From the NCBI GenBank assembly GCA_963697755.1, contig CAVOPE010000013.1, positions 138,676 through 202,675 of the forward strand: 64,000 bases of DNA, read 5' to 3'. This stretch comes from an uncultured Gemmatimonadales bacterium. Lineage in GTDB: Bacteria; Gemmatimonadota; Gemmatimonadetes; Gemmatimonadales; GWC2-71-9. Position numbers and translations under genes: made by a program. The notes beneath the pieces are model-generated. The model saw only the letters and a list, made by a program, of their open reading frames with translations, had not been told where the DNA came from and did no database searches. Below, one piece after another: positions 28,058 through 37,715 of the stretch (within the stretch, counting starts at the first letter, position 1; each line of letters starts with the position of its first letter).

Positions 28058-29074
28058 CTACATGCTGGCCACGTTCCTCCAGAAGTTCGCCAGGCTCTCC
28101 GTCCCGCCGAACAGCGTGGTGAAGATCGTCGAGTCCGCCATCAGGATGTGCCCGCTGCGCGTGCCCCTCGGCGGCAGCCAGAGGCAGGAGTTGAACTCCC
28201 GGTTGCCCTCGGCTGTGAAGGGGTGCGGGCGCTCCAGGTCCACCGGCTGCCGAGTCAACACATGCACCGACGACCCATCCTCGGTCGTCAACGCATAATG
28301 CGGCAGATGCAGATGGAAGTTGAAGGTCGTAACGCCGTCGAGCAGCCCGAGCTTGTCCCGGTCCTTGTTGATCGTCAGCGGGGCGATCTGCTTGGTGCCT
28401 TTGACGACGGCCGGCCGGAGCCCGAATTGGTTCATGACCGGCACGTCGAGCGCCTTCATCAGGGATCGGGTGTACTGGCCGAACCGCTGCTGGCGCGGGA
28501 CCAGCTCGTCGCCGTGATGGCGGTACTCCATCTGGCGCTGCTGCATGTCGGCGGTGAAGCCGACATCGTGGTGCGGGCCGATCAACAGGCAGGTGTCTTC
28601 CCGCTTGAGCCACTCCCGGATGGCCGCGATCTCATCAGCCGTGGCCTCCTGCTCGGAGACGAGATGGTCCAGGCCGAAGACCAGCAGGGTGTCGGTGTCC
28701 GCCAGGATCCGCTCGTCGATCGGCAGCTTGTAACCGGCTTGATCGATGCGCTGGAACACGGCGACCGGATGGCCGGTCACCTCGCCGACCGCTTTCTGGA
28801 AGTCGAGCGTGGAGCGATGGAACAGCTCCAGCGTGCCCGCGATGCCCTGGAGAAAGTTCATCTCGTCCCACTCGGTGCCCTCGTAGGCCGGCCAGGCCAC
28901 CCGCCGCACCTCGGTCATGGTCGAGAAGCGGTTGTCCAATTCAGCGGTGTTCCGGTTAGCCTCCCACGGGTAGCTCCACGTCCAGTAGATGCTCACCCGT
29001 CGCTTGCCGCGCGTGTATTTGCGGGGGACGTGGTCCTGGTTGTAGGTCCGCCCCGGAAGCCTGGTTCCAGCCAT
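28058..29074 (-). CDS. Conserved hypothetical protein, last gene of the DyP cluster
   Basis: 338 codons with an ACGGAG RBS and no signal peptide. DTLLVFGLDH...IAAIREWLKREDTCLLIGPHHD suggests a flavodoxin/GATase1-like alpha/beta fold (inference). Confidence 0.65.
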   Translation of the reverse strand: MAGTRLPGRTYNQDHVPRKYTRGKRRVSIYWTWSYPWEANRNTAELDNRFSTMTEVRRVAWPAYEGTEWDEMNFLQGIAGTLELFHRSTLDFQKAVGEVTGHPVAVFQRIDQAGYKLPIDERILADTDTLLVFGLDHLVSEQEATADEIAAIREWLKREDTCLLIGPHHDVGFTADMQQRQMEYRHHGDELVPRQQRFGQYTRSLMKALDVPVMNQFGLRPAVVKGTKQIAPLTINKDRDKLGLLDGVTTFNFHLHLPHYALTTEDGSSVHVLTRQPVDLERPHPFTAEGNREFNSCLWLPPRGTRSGHILMADSTIFTTLFGGTESLANFWRNVASM

Positions 29075-29107
29075 AGCGCGCTCCGTTTCCTGTTCCGTGG
29101 CTCGGCG

Positions 29108-30040
29108 TCAGAAGGCGACCGAGCCGGAGATCTGTAGGGAATAGCCCTCGAACGTGGATCGGTTCGAGAACTCCTTGTAGTACTTGAGGCCCAGCCCCAC
29201 ACCTCGCGCCGGGAGACTCAGGTTGCCCGCCAAACCAAGCGCGTTGACCGCGTACCGCGCCTCGGCCTGCTCCGGAGTGATCCCGGGGCCGCTCCTGTCC
29301 GTGGTCTGCCGCTGCTCGTAACCGATGACGCCGACCTGCAGCGTCAGGTCCTCGCCGAGCGGCATCATCCGTGTCACGGAGTAGTCCAGGCTGATGGTCT
29401 GACCCGGCCGGATGCCCGTGCCGTCCTGCGTGGTATGGAACTCGTACATTTGGAACGCGGAGACCGCGGTCCGCTTGTCCTTCGTCAGGTAGAGCGTCTG
29501 GCCCGATGCCAGGACGTGAGTCCAGTACCCCGAGCCGACATTGTCGGTCGCCCCGGCCTCGAACCGTCCGGTCGGCGCCAAGAACCCGTAAATCGCGCGG
29601 ACCCCGACGCGATCCGTCAACCAGCCCAGGATCACGGGTTGATAGTACGAGTCGGCGAAGCCGCCTCCGCCGCTGATGGACCCGTTGGCATCCGATGCGA
29701 GCGAGTTGTTGGCAATCGGAATCGTCGCGGACGCCGAGTACCTCGCGCCCAGGATCTCCTGTCGGCTCACCCAGACGAACGAGTTCATGTCCATCAGGAC
29801 CGAATTGCTTCCCGTCGCCAGCAGCTCGCCGTCGGGTCCCCTCGATTCGCCCCGCGAGTAGTACAAGAAGAGGTTCGAATAGGTGAAACCGGGCTCGGCC
29901 GTGACGCCGGAGTTAGTGGCGCTCATGCCGAGCGGGTAGACACCCCGGTTCTGCGCCCAGGCGGCCCCGCCGGTGGCGAAGGGAGCGGCGGACGCGGACA
30001 CTGCGACGGCGGTGATCAAGGTCGGGAGGGCCGCCCTCAC
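29108..30040 (-). CDS. Outer-membrane beta-barrel channel (MetA-pathway-of-phenol-degradation-like transporter family)
   Basis: Signal peptide ends ...AAWAQ, strands alternate, and the terminus is ...LQISGSVAF. The GTG start overlaps the DyP stop (GTGA). Confidence 0.75.
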   Translation of the reverse strand: MRAALPTLITAVAVSASAAPFATGGAAWAQNRGVYPLGMSATNSGVTAEPGFTYSNLFLYYSRGESRGPDGELLATGSNSVLMDMNSFVWVSRQEILGARYSASATIPIANNSLASDANGSISGGGGFADSYYQPVILGWLTDRVGVRAIYGFLAPTGRFEAGATDNVGSGYWTHVLASGQTLYLTKDKRTAVSAFQMYEFHTTQDGTGIRPGQTISLDYSVTRMMPLGEDLTLQVGVIGYEQRQTTDRSGPGITPEQAEARYAVNALGLAGNLSLPARGVGLGLKYYKEFSNRSTFEGYSLQISGSVAF

Positions 30041-31374
30041 GCCCTCGCCCGTCCGCCGTCAAGCGCGGCGAGGTATTGAAGGGCCTTGAGGCCGGGCTGG
30101 AAGAAGTAGGCTCCGCCCCGGACCGTGGTGAACGCCGGCAGGCCGGTGATGCGCTTCTTGATCGGCCGCTTCGGGATCTTGAACTCGAGCGTGCCGTCCT
30201 GCGTGCCGATGATCGGATCGCGCTCGTTGCCGAGCTCGTGGAAGTTCTTGTCGTTGATCCACACGTTCTGGGCGAACTCGAACTGGCGGATCAGGCTGGC
30301 GCAGATCACGAACGCCGCGATGCCGCGCTCGACGCCGTCTTCCGGCGCGCCCTCGGGGAGCGGCGGGCCGTAGGTGGCGCCCCGGCGGATCATCCGCCGG
30401 CGGTTCATGTTGTGCGCGGTATCGCGCGGGTTCATCCGGCGGCAGTGCGAGCCCAGCGGCATCGCGTACCCGTGCGGATCCATTTCCTTGTAGTTGAAGT
30501 CGTTGTTGCGCTGCATGTCGGCGCCCAGCGCCGGATCGTCCTTCTCCGGCGCCAGCACCAGTGGCGCTCCGCTGCGCCAGCGTCCCATGAGCTTCGCCGC
30601 CACCAGCTCCTGCTCCTCGGGCGGTCTTGCCGTGCTGCGCGAGGAAATCGCGAAACGAGCCCACGTGCTCCTGCAGCCGGCGGTAGGCCAGGAAGCTCCC
30701 GTTGCGCGAGAGGATCTCGGGCTGCGGGAGGAGCTGCTGGGGTCCGTCCTCGTCGGGATAGCCCAGGATGAACTCGCCGGCCTTGAGCGGCGCGCCGGAA
30801 CCGGGCGTGGGCACGTCGCCACTTCCTTCGATGACCGGCTGCGACAGCCGGTCGCGCCACCCGAAGTGGTCGTGCGCGTAGTCGAAGGGCGGTGTCGCCT
30901 CCAGATCGAGCGACGAGAGCAGCTCGACCCCTGGGCATCCTCGCGAGGAGCTTCTGGTGTTCCGAAAGGCAGCGCGCCCGCTCCGCGCGCGTCGCGGGCG
31001 AACAGGATCGCGATGGCGTGCAGGTTCGGGCTGGCGAGTCCGCCCACCCAGTTGTCGGGATGATTCACTCCGGTGTCGCCCAGCATCTCCGCCCGGGCGA
31101 CCATGCCCTGCTTGAACTCCTCGGGAAAGGTGGCCAGCGAGTCCTCGTCTACCCCCAGCGCGCGCAGCCCGTTCCAGGTGAAGGCCAGCGTCACCCATCG
31201 CTTGCTGGAGGCGACCGTCGTCTCGACCTCCGCCGCCGACTGCACCTTGTCGAGGAGCGCGGCGACCCAGGCTCGTCCCGCCGCCGCGTCCCGAAACGAA
31301 ACGAACTCGTACTGCCCCGTCAGCGCGGGCGTGCGAGTCAGCAGGATGTGCTGGATGTCGTCCAACTCGAGCAT
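30037..31374 (-). pseudogene. Dye-decolorizing (DyP-type) peroxidase, about 3 frameshifts (~30985, ~30925, ~30625)
   Basis: The N-terminal (LELDDIQHILLTR...) and C-terminal (MGRWRSGAPL...HCRRMNPRD...RRGATYGP...AFVICASLIRQFEFAQNVW) parts are in ORF 30037..31374. The middle (GVELLSSLDLEATPPFDYAHDHFGWRDRLSQPVIEG...GEFILGYPDE...) is in ORF 30059..31396. Confidence 0.8.
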
Positions 31375-31392
31375 GGCTCTCGTCCCCAGGGA

Positions 31393-32004
31393 TCACTGCA
31401 TCTGGTCGAGCATCTCCGAGAACGCCGCCTTCAGCTTCAGGGCCTTCTTGATCTCGTCCGCGCTCACGTAGGGGTACTCCCCGTATTCCAGGAAGCTCGG
31501 CCGCTGGTGCTCCCGCACGAACTTGATGAACGCCGGCGTGTTCGTCTTCCAGTCCTCCGGGAAGCCCTCCAGCTTCTCGAAGATGGTATTGATGCCGTAC
31601 TTCGAGAACAGCGCCACCGCATCCTCGGTGTACTTGTCGAAGTCGGTGTCGAAGATGCCCTGATACATGAAGTAGGTCTCCTTACCGATGTCGAAGAGCA
31701 CCCACCGCAGATAGTGCAGCTTCAGCACCTCCAGGCCGTTGGGCAGCCCAGCGATGGTCTTCTCGATGAGGTTGCCGTATTCCCGGATGGCCGCCTCTTG
31801 CCCCGGCTTGATCTTCGCGATGAGAGTAAAGCCGTAACACGCCGGGGTCCGTGGATAGATCGGCCCATACCTGCCTTGCTCCAGCTTGAAGTAGCCCTCC
31901 TTCGGAATGGCCATGGCGGCGGGCTTCGTCCAGTCGGGTTGCGTCGATGTGGTCGGCGCCGAAGTGGCTGGCGTCGATGGGGCTGGCTTTGCTGTGGCGG
32001 TCAT
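31393..32004 (-). CDS. Hypothetical protein, first gene of the DyP cluster
   Basis: 203 codons with a Pro/Thr-rich N-terminus, then YGFTLIAKIKPGQEAAIREYG...TYFMYQGIFDTDFDKYTEDAVALF. It looks like a ferredoxin-like alpha+beta barrel (inference). The stop is 18 nt before the DyP start. Confidence 0.65.
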   Translation of the reverse strand: MTATAKPAPSTPATSAPTTSTQPDWTKPAAMAIPKEGYFKLEQGRYGPIYPRTPACYGFTLIAKIKPGQEAAIREYGNLIEKTIAGLPNGLEVLKLHYLRWVLFDIGKETYFMYQGIFDTDFDKYTEDAVALFSKYGINTIFEKLEGFPEDWKTNTPAFIKFVREHQRPSFLEYGEYPYVSADEIKKALKLKAAFSEMLDQMQ

Positions 32005-32707
32005 GTGGGTGGTCTCGTGGCTGGCGGTGGGTGGTTGAGTGACGACGCGTCGGCGAGCGCCTCCTGAGCCAAGGATAAAGTTGGTGGGGCCCCCGGAAGG
32101 AAGGTAATGGACGAAGGTGCATGTCCTCAGCTGCCCGATTGGAACGTTTGCACCCCATTTCTATCTATGCTGCTCTCGCCTTCCGCCTGGATTCCCTGGT
32201 GATCGATCACTCCTCATCGAGCGATACCTCGGGAGGGTAGCGCAAGAGAGGGCGCCCGGACGGGACGTGCCAGGGGCTTTAGGAAGCGCCTTCGGCCGCG
32301 GCGCGCTCCAATTGCGTGGTTCTCGACGTGGTTGGACGGTGCGGGTTGACGGCCGATGAGGCTGGCCATGCCAGAGTTCAAGTTTGCCTGCGGGGAGCGC
32401 CTTCCTGGCAGCACCCACGATCGTCGCTGTTACGCGACGCACGGGCATGCGGGCCACCACGCCTGCTACATGCGGCATTCGCTGGGACGCGGACGGCGTG
32501 ATCAGCGTCAAGAAGGCACCGCGCCGTCGGAAAGGAGGGTGCGGCGGACGTTCCTCCCGGCCGTCGATCGGGCAACAGTCCGCCGCCCCCGGGCATCAGG
32601 ATGATTCGAATTGTCTATCACCCGATAGACCGCACGATTTGATCCCCGGGCCGGGCAGGGCGATACTTCGACCAGTAGGTTGCCTGTGACTTTCAGGAGG
32701 CTCCCAG

Positions 32708-34645
32708 ATGCCAATGAACTACACCCGTCTGACCGAGCCGCTGGTTCGGGATGGCGGCACGCTGCGCCCAGCCACGTGGGACGAGGCGCTCGACCGGGCC
32801 GCGGACGGCTTCCGCCGTGCGATGGCCGCCGGCGACGACACCATCGGCACGTTCAGCTGCTCGAAGGCCAGCAACGAGGTCAACTTCCTCGCGCAGAAGC
32901 TGGTCCGGCTGGGCTTCCGCAGCCACAACATCGACAGCTGCAACCGAACGTGACACGCTCCTAGCGTCGTCGGTCTGGCGACGGTGTTCGGTGTCGGTGG
33001 GGGAACCAGCTCCTACCGTGAGGTGGAAGAGACGGACGTGATCTTCCTCTGGGGCGCGAACGCCCGGGAGAACCACCCCATCTTCTTCCATCATGTCCTG
33101 AAAGGCATCCACAACGGGGCCCGGCTCTACGTCATGGACCCGAGGCGGACGGCGTCCGCCCAATGGGCCGACCAGTGGCTCGGGCTCAACGTGGGAACCG
33201 ACATCGCGCTGTCGAACGCGATGGCGCGCGAGATCATCCACAGCGGGCTCGCCAACGACACCTTCATCCGGCGGGCCACCACGGGATTCGACGCCTATCG
33301 CGCGTCCGTGGAGCCGTACACGCTCGAGCTGGCCGAGCGCGAGACGGGGGTGCCGGCCGACGTGATCCGCGAGGTGGCCCATGCCTATGCCCGCGCCGAC
33401 CGGGCGGAGATCTGCTGGACCCTCGGCATCACCGAGCACCACAATGCGGTGGACAACGTCCTGTCGTTGATCAACCTGGCGCTCCTCACCGGGCACGTGG
33501 GCAAGTACGGGTCGGGCGTGAACCCGCTCCGCGGCCAGAACAACGTCCAGGGCGGCGGGGACATGGGGGCCATCCCCAACCGCCTGGTCGGCTTCCAGGA
33601 CTGGACCACCGATGCCGCCATCCGGACGCGGTTCGAGCGGGCCTGGGGCGTGACCCTGGAGCCCCGCTATGGCAGGAACGTGACCCAGATGTTCGAGGGG
33701 ATGGAGCACGGCGAGATCACGGCGCTCTACGCCATCGGGGAAAACCCGGCCCAGGCGGAAGCGGACCAGCACCGGACCGAGCACCTGCTCAAGGGCCTGG
33801 ACCACCTCGTGGTGCAGGACATCTTCCTGACCCGCACGGCGCAGTTCGCGCACGTGGTGCTTCCGGCGTCCTCGAGCTGGTGCGAGGCGGAGGGCACCGT
33901 GACCAACAGCGAGCGGCGGGTGCAGCGGATGCGCAAGGCGCTCGAGCCGCCCGGCGACGCGCGCGACGACATCTGGATCATCGCCGAGCTGGCCAAGCGG
34001 CTCGGCCTGGACTGGGGCCATCCGTCGGCCGAGGACATCTGGAACGAAGTCCGCAGGCTGGCGCCGAACTTCGCCGGCATGAGCTACGAGCGCCTCGAGC
34101 GGGAGGGCGGGCTGCACTGGCCCTGCTACGACGAGCATCATCCGGGGGAGCTGTTCCTGCACAGCCGCCTGTGGCGGGAGCCGGTCGGGGGCCCGCTGGC
34201 GCCGTTCTCGGTGGTCGAGCACGACCCGCCGGTGGAGCGGCCGGACGCCGAGTACCCCTTCCTGCTCACCACCGGCCGGCGACTCGATTCCTACAACACC
34301 GGCGTCCAGACCGGCGGCTACAGCTCGCCGCTTCGGCGGGGAGAGACGGTCGACATCTCGCCGGAGGACGCGGAGCGGATGGGTGTCATGAACGGCGACG
34401 CACTCCGGGTCACCTCGCGCCGCGGCAGCGTCGCGGCCCCGGCCCGGATCGATCGGTCGCTGCGAGCCGGCCTCGTCTTCATGACGCTCCACTTCCAGGA
34501 CGAGGTCAGCGTGAATCAGCTCACCATCGACGAGACCGACCCCAAGTCCGGCACGGCGGAGTTCAAGGCCTGCGCTGTCCGGGTGGAGCCGGTGCGGTCC
34601 GAGCCGCGGGCGCAGGCCCCCGTCGCCGTGCGGAAAGGAGCGTAG
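32708..34645 (+). CDS. fdhA: Formate dehydrogenase catalytic (molybdopterin, MopB) subunit, selenocysteine-containing; lacks the usual N-terminal Fe-S domains
   Basis: AGGAGG RBS. ORFs 32708..32953 and 32984..34645 are one frame separated only by TGA at 32951. ...HNIDSCNRT-U-HAPSVVGLATVFGVGGG aligns with the CARV-U-HGPSVAGL active site of E. coli FdhF. Confidence 0.85.
32965..32983 (+). promoter_or_regulatory. SECIS-like stem-loop downstream of the UGA
   Basis: CGUCGUC-GGUCU-GGCGACG has 7 pairs (one G-U) and a GGUC-containing apical loop as in fdhF SECIS. It begins 14 nt after the U of UGA. Confidence 0.6.
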
Positions 34646-35290
34646 TTGGATCTTCATCTGATGGACGCGAGGCCGACCGACGAGGAGCGCGAGGCCCTGG
34701 ACGCGCTGCTCGGTCCTCCCGCGTCGGGGTGGGATGGCGGCGCACGTGACGAGCGGAGGGACGCGCACACCGCGGCAGGCGGCCACGCCGCTCGGGGCCG
34801 CCGGCACCTCCTTCTTCCGGCCCTCCAGGCCGTCCAATCGACCATCGGCTGGATCAGCGAGGGCGCCCTCAACTACGTCTGCGAGCGACTCTCGGTCCCG
34901 CCGGCCGACGCCTACGGGGTGGCGACGTTCTACGCCCTGCTCTCGACTACGCCGCGCCCTCGGCGGGTGCTCCACGTGTGCGACGACATCGCCTGCCGAT
35001 GCAAGGGCGCCGACGCGCTGTGTGAAGCGCTCGAGCGCGCCGTCGGCCTGGCCGGGCACCTCGGCCCCGAGGGGGATGAGGTCGCGATCGGGCACGACGA
35101 GGCGATCTGGCTGCGGAGCCCGTGCCTCGGCCTGTGCGACCAGGCGCCCGCCGCGCTGGTGACCGTCGCGGGCAAGGAGCCGGTGGAGCGCCTCTTCGGC
35201 AACCTGGACGCCGGCGGCCGCGCAGCGCGTGCTCGCCGGCGATCTCGCGGCGAGCGCGGCGCCGCACCCTCGTCTGCCGCAGGCCGGTGA
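34646..35290 (+). CDS. NuoE-like [2Fe-2S] thioredoxin-fold subunit (FdsG-like), possibly fused to the next gene
   Basis: TTG start 7 nt after AAAGGAG. ...ALNYVCERLSVPPADAYGVATFYALL...VCDDIACRCKG...SPCLGLCDQAPA. The last ~25 codons look out of frame. Confidence 0.75.
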   Translation: MDLHLMDARPTDEEREALDALLGPPASGWDGGARDERRDAHTAAGGHAARGRRHLLLPALQAVQSTIGWISEGALNYVCERLSVPPADAYGVATFYALLSTTPRPRRVLHVCDDIACRCKGADALCEALERAVGLAGHLGPEGDEVAIGHDEAIWLRSPCLGLCDQAPAALVTVAGKEPVERLFGNLDAGGRAARARRRSRGERGAAPSSAAGR

Positions 35291-36533
35291 CCCGTCGCTC
35301 CGGTTGCTCCGACGGGTGGACGTGGCGGACCCGACCAGCCTCGACGCCTACCGGGCACACGGCGGGTACGAGGCGCTCCGCCAGGCGATCGCGCTGGGCC
35401 CCGAAGGGGTCATTCGCGAGGTGACCGACGCCAAGCTCCTCGGCCGGGGCGGCGCCGCGTTCCCCACCGGCCGGAAGTGGGACGCCGTCGCGCGCCAGCC
35501 GGTGCGGCCGCACTACCTGATCTGCAACGCCGACGAGTCCGAGCCGGGCACGTTCAAGGACCGGGTCATCATGGAAGGCGACCCGTTCAGCCTCGTCGAG
35601 GCGATGACGATCGCCGCGTTCGCGACGGGCTGCGAACAGGGATTCATCTACGTGCGCGGCGAATACCCGCTGGCGACCGAGCGGCTCCAGGGCGCGATCG
35701 ACGCCGCCCGGTCGCGCGGCCTCCTCGGCGAGAACGTGATGGGGCACGGCTTCGCCTTCGACATCGAGATCCGGCGGGGCGGTGGCGCTTACATCTGCGG
35801 GGAGGAGACCGCGATCTTCAATTCGATCGAGGGGTTTCGCGGGGAGCCCCGCAACAAGCCTCCGTTCCCCGTCCAGGCCGGCGTCTTCGGCAAGCCCACC
35901 GTCATCAACAACGTCGAGACCCTCGTCAACGTGCTCGAGATCATCCGGATCGGCGGGCCCGCCTATGCCACGATCGGGACCGACGCGTCGGCCGGGCCAC
36001 GGCTGTTCTGCCTGTCGGGCTGCGTCGTCCGGCCGGGCGTGTACGAGGTGCCCTTCGGGGCCACGCTTCGGCAGATGCTCGACCTGGCGGGCGGGCTCCC
36101 GCCGGGCCGCACCCTCCAGGCGATCCTGCTGGGTGGCGCGGCGGGTGTGTTCGTGCGGCCGGACGAGATCGACATGCCGCTCACGTTCGAAGGCGCGCGA
36201 GCCGCGCAGGCCACGCTGGGCTCGGGCGTCATCCTGGTCTTCGACGACACCATCGACATGCGGCCGATCCTGCGCCGGATCGCCGCGTTCTTCCGGGACG
36301 AGTCCTGCGGGCAGTGCGTGCCGTGCCGGGTGGGCACGGTTCGGCAGGAGGAGGCGCTCCATCGGATCGAGGTGGCGAAGCCGAGGGGCGGCGTGCCGAG
36401 CGAGCTCGCGTTGCTCGAGGAGATCGGATTGGCCATGAAGGATGCATCCATCTGCGGCCTGGGTCAGACCGCCTACAGCGCCGTGGAGTCCGCGATCAAG
36501 CGGCTCCGCCTCTTCGACGGAGCGACCCGATGA
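35229..36533 (+). CDS. NuoF-like NAD/FMN/[4Fe-4S] subunit (FdsB-like)
   Basis: GRGGAAFPTGRKW, NADESEPGTFKDR and ESCGQCVPCRVG are present. No SD precedes GTG 35229. It overlaps the NuoE-like ORF by 62 nt. Confidence 0.85.
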   Translation: MLAGDLAASAAPHPRLPQAGDPSLRLLRRVDVADPTSLDAYRAHGGYEALRQAIALGPEGVIREVTDAKLLGRGGAAFPTGRKWDAVARQPVRPHYLICNADESEPGTFKDRVIMEGDPFSLVEAMTIAAFATGCEQGFIYVRGEYPLATERLQGAIDAARSRGLLGENVMGHGFAFDIEIRRGGGAYICGEETAIFNSIEGFRGEPRNKPPFPVQAGVFGKPTVINNVETLVNVLEIIRIGGPAYATIGTDASAGPRLFCLSGCVVRPGVYEVPFGATLRQMLDLAGGLPPGRTLQAILLGGAAGVFVRPDEIDMPLTFEGARAAQATLGSGVILVFDDTIDMRPILRRIAAFFRDESCGQCVPCRVGTVRQEEALHRIEVAKPRGGVPSELALLEEIGLAMKDASICGLGQTAYSAVESAIKRLRLFDGATR

Positions 36534-37517
36534 CCGCGACACTGCCTCCGGCCCCGCTGGTGCAGCTGCGGCCGCCGCGTCGAGCCGTCGAGCTCAATAT
36601 CGACGGCGAGCCGGTGCAGGTTTCCGGAAGGCACGACGATCCTCGAGGCCTGCAGCGCGCAAGGGAAGGAGATCCCGACCCTCTGCTACCTGGAGACCCT
36701 GCACCCGGTGAACGTCTGCCGCGCGTGCGTGGTCGAGGTCGAGGGCTCCCGGGTGCTGGTACCGTCGTGCTCGCGGAAGGTCGAGCCCGGCATGGTCGTG
36801 AAGACGGAGTCGGAGCGAGTGCGGCACAGCCGAAAGATGGTGCTCGAATTCCTGGCCTCCTCCGTGGACCTCTCGACCACGCCGGACGTCGCGCGCTGGC
36901 TGGAGGAGTACCAGTGCCGCCCCGAGCGGTACGGACCGCCCGCGCCGCCGGCGGCGGCCGGGGTCCGGGACAGCCACGCCCCCGGGCACCACGAGCCCCC
37001 GCGAGCGGAGTACGCCGCCACCGTAGGGCAGCCGGTGAAGGTCGACAATGAGCTCTACATTCGGGACTACGGGAAGTGCATCCTGTGCTACAAGTGCGTC
37101 GAAGCCTGCGGCAAGGACTACCAGAACACTTACGCGCTCACGGTGGCAGGGCGGGGCTTCGATGCCCGAATCTCGACCGAGTTCGCCGTCCAGTTGCCCG
37201 AGTCGGCCTGCGTGTACTGCGGCAACTGCATCGCCGTGTGCCCGACCGGCGCGCTGATGTTCAAGAGCGAGCACGACCACCGGCAGGCAGGCACGTGGGA
37301 CGAAGCTCGTCAGAACGTCACCACGACGATCTGCCCCTACTGCGGGGTCGGCTGCAACCTCGAGCTTCACGTGCAGGACAACGAGATCGTGAAGGTGACG
37401 TCGCCGCTCGACCACGACATCACCCGTGGCAATCTGTGCATCAAGGGGCGCTTCGGCTGGCGATACGTGCAGAACCGTCCCGATGGCAAGACGACGCGGG
37501 GCGCGCCCGCGCCCTGA
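36530..37517 (+). CDS. NuoG-N-terminal-like Fe-S subunit ending in the 4Fe-4S Mo/W-bisPGD-type domain; one frameshift near 36620
   Basis: ATG overlaps the NuoF stop (ATGA). IDGEPVQV then, after an extra T in the gttt run, PEGTTILEACSAQGKEIPTLCYLETLHPVNVCRACVVEVEG. CILCYKCVEAC, CVYCGNCIAVCP and the final ICPYCGVGCNLELH...CIKGRFGW are present. Confidence 0.8.
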
Positions 37518-37627
37518 CCGTGCTCAGCTCACGAGCCGGCAGTTGCTCGACTGCTGCGTCCCCGAAGTGCCGAGCGGTAGCCGGTAGGCCCGGCCACCGA
37601 ACGCGACGTTGCCTATTCTTCGGAGGC

Positions 37628-37715
37628 ACCAGGAGCAGTTCCCACTACCAATCCGGTGCGGCTCCCGCAGTCCGGTTGAGCGCGCTGCCGGCTCGAGCCT
37701 CAAGGGAGGCCCCTC
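37628..37715 (+). repeat. Intergenic repeat module copy I (divergent)
   Basis: ACCAGGAGCAG...GCCGGCTCGAGCCTCAAGGGAGGCCCCTC, immediately followed by ATG 37716. Confidence 0.45.

Noticed and set aside
30037-32004. DyP as encapsulin cargo (nanocompartment system)
   Set aside because: No encapsulin shell gene (~270 aa HK97 fold) is adjacent. The DyP C-terminus (...LQYLAALDGGRARA) lacks a recognisable targeting peptide. The 203-aa neighbour is too short and unlike a shell protein.
32100-32707. Possible Moco or other riboswitch in the long leader upstream of fdhA
   Set aside because: Only a GGAGG...CCTCC hairpin and an AAAGGAG-like stretch are present. I could not find the conserved CCGAGCC-type core of the Moco motif. 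It cannot be supported without a covariance-model search.
32693-35095. 800-codon minus-strand ORF covering the formate dehydrogenase region
   Set aside because: The translation is Arg/Gly/Pro/Ala-rich low-complexity sequence. It lies antisense to a plus-strand gene with clear FDH motifs. Long antisense ORFs of this kind are typical of GC-rich DNA.
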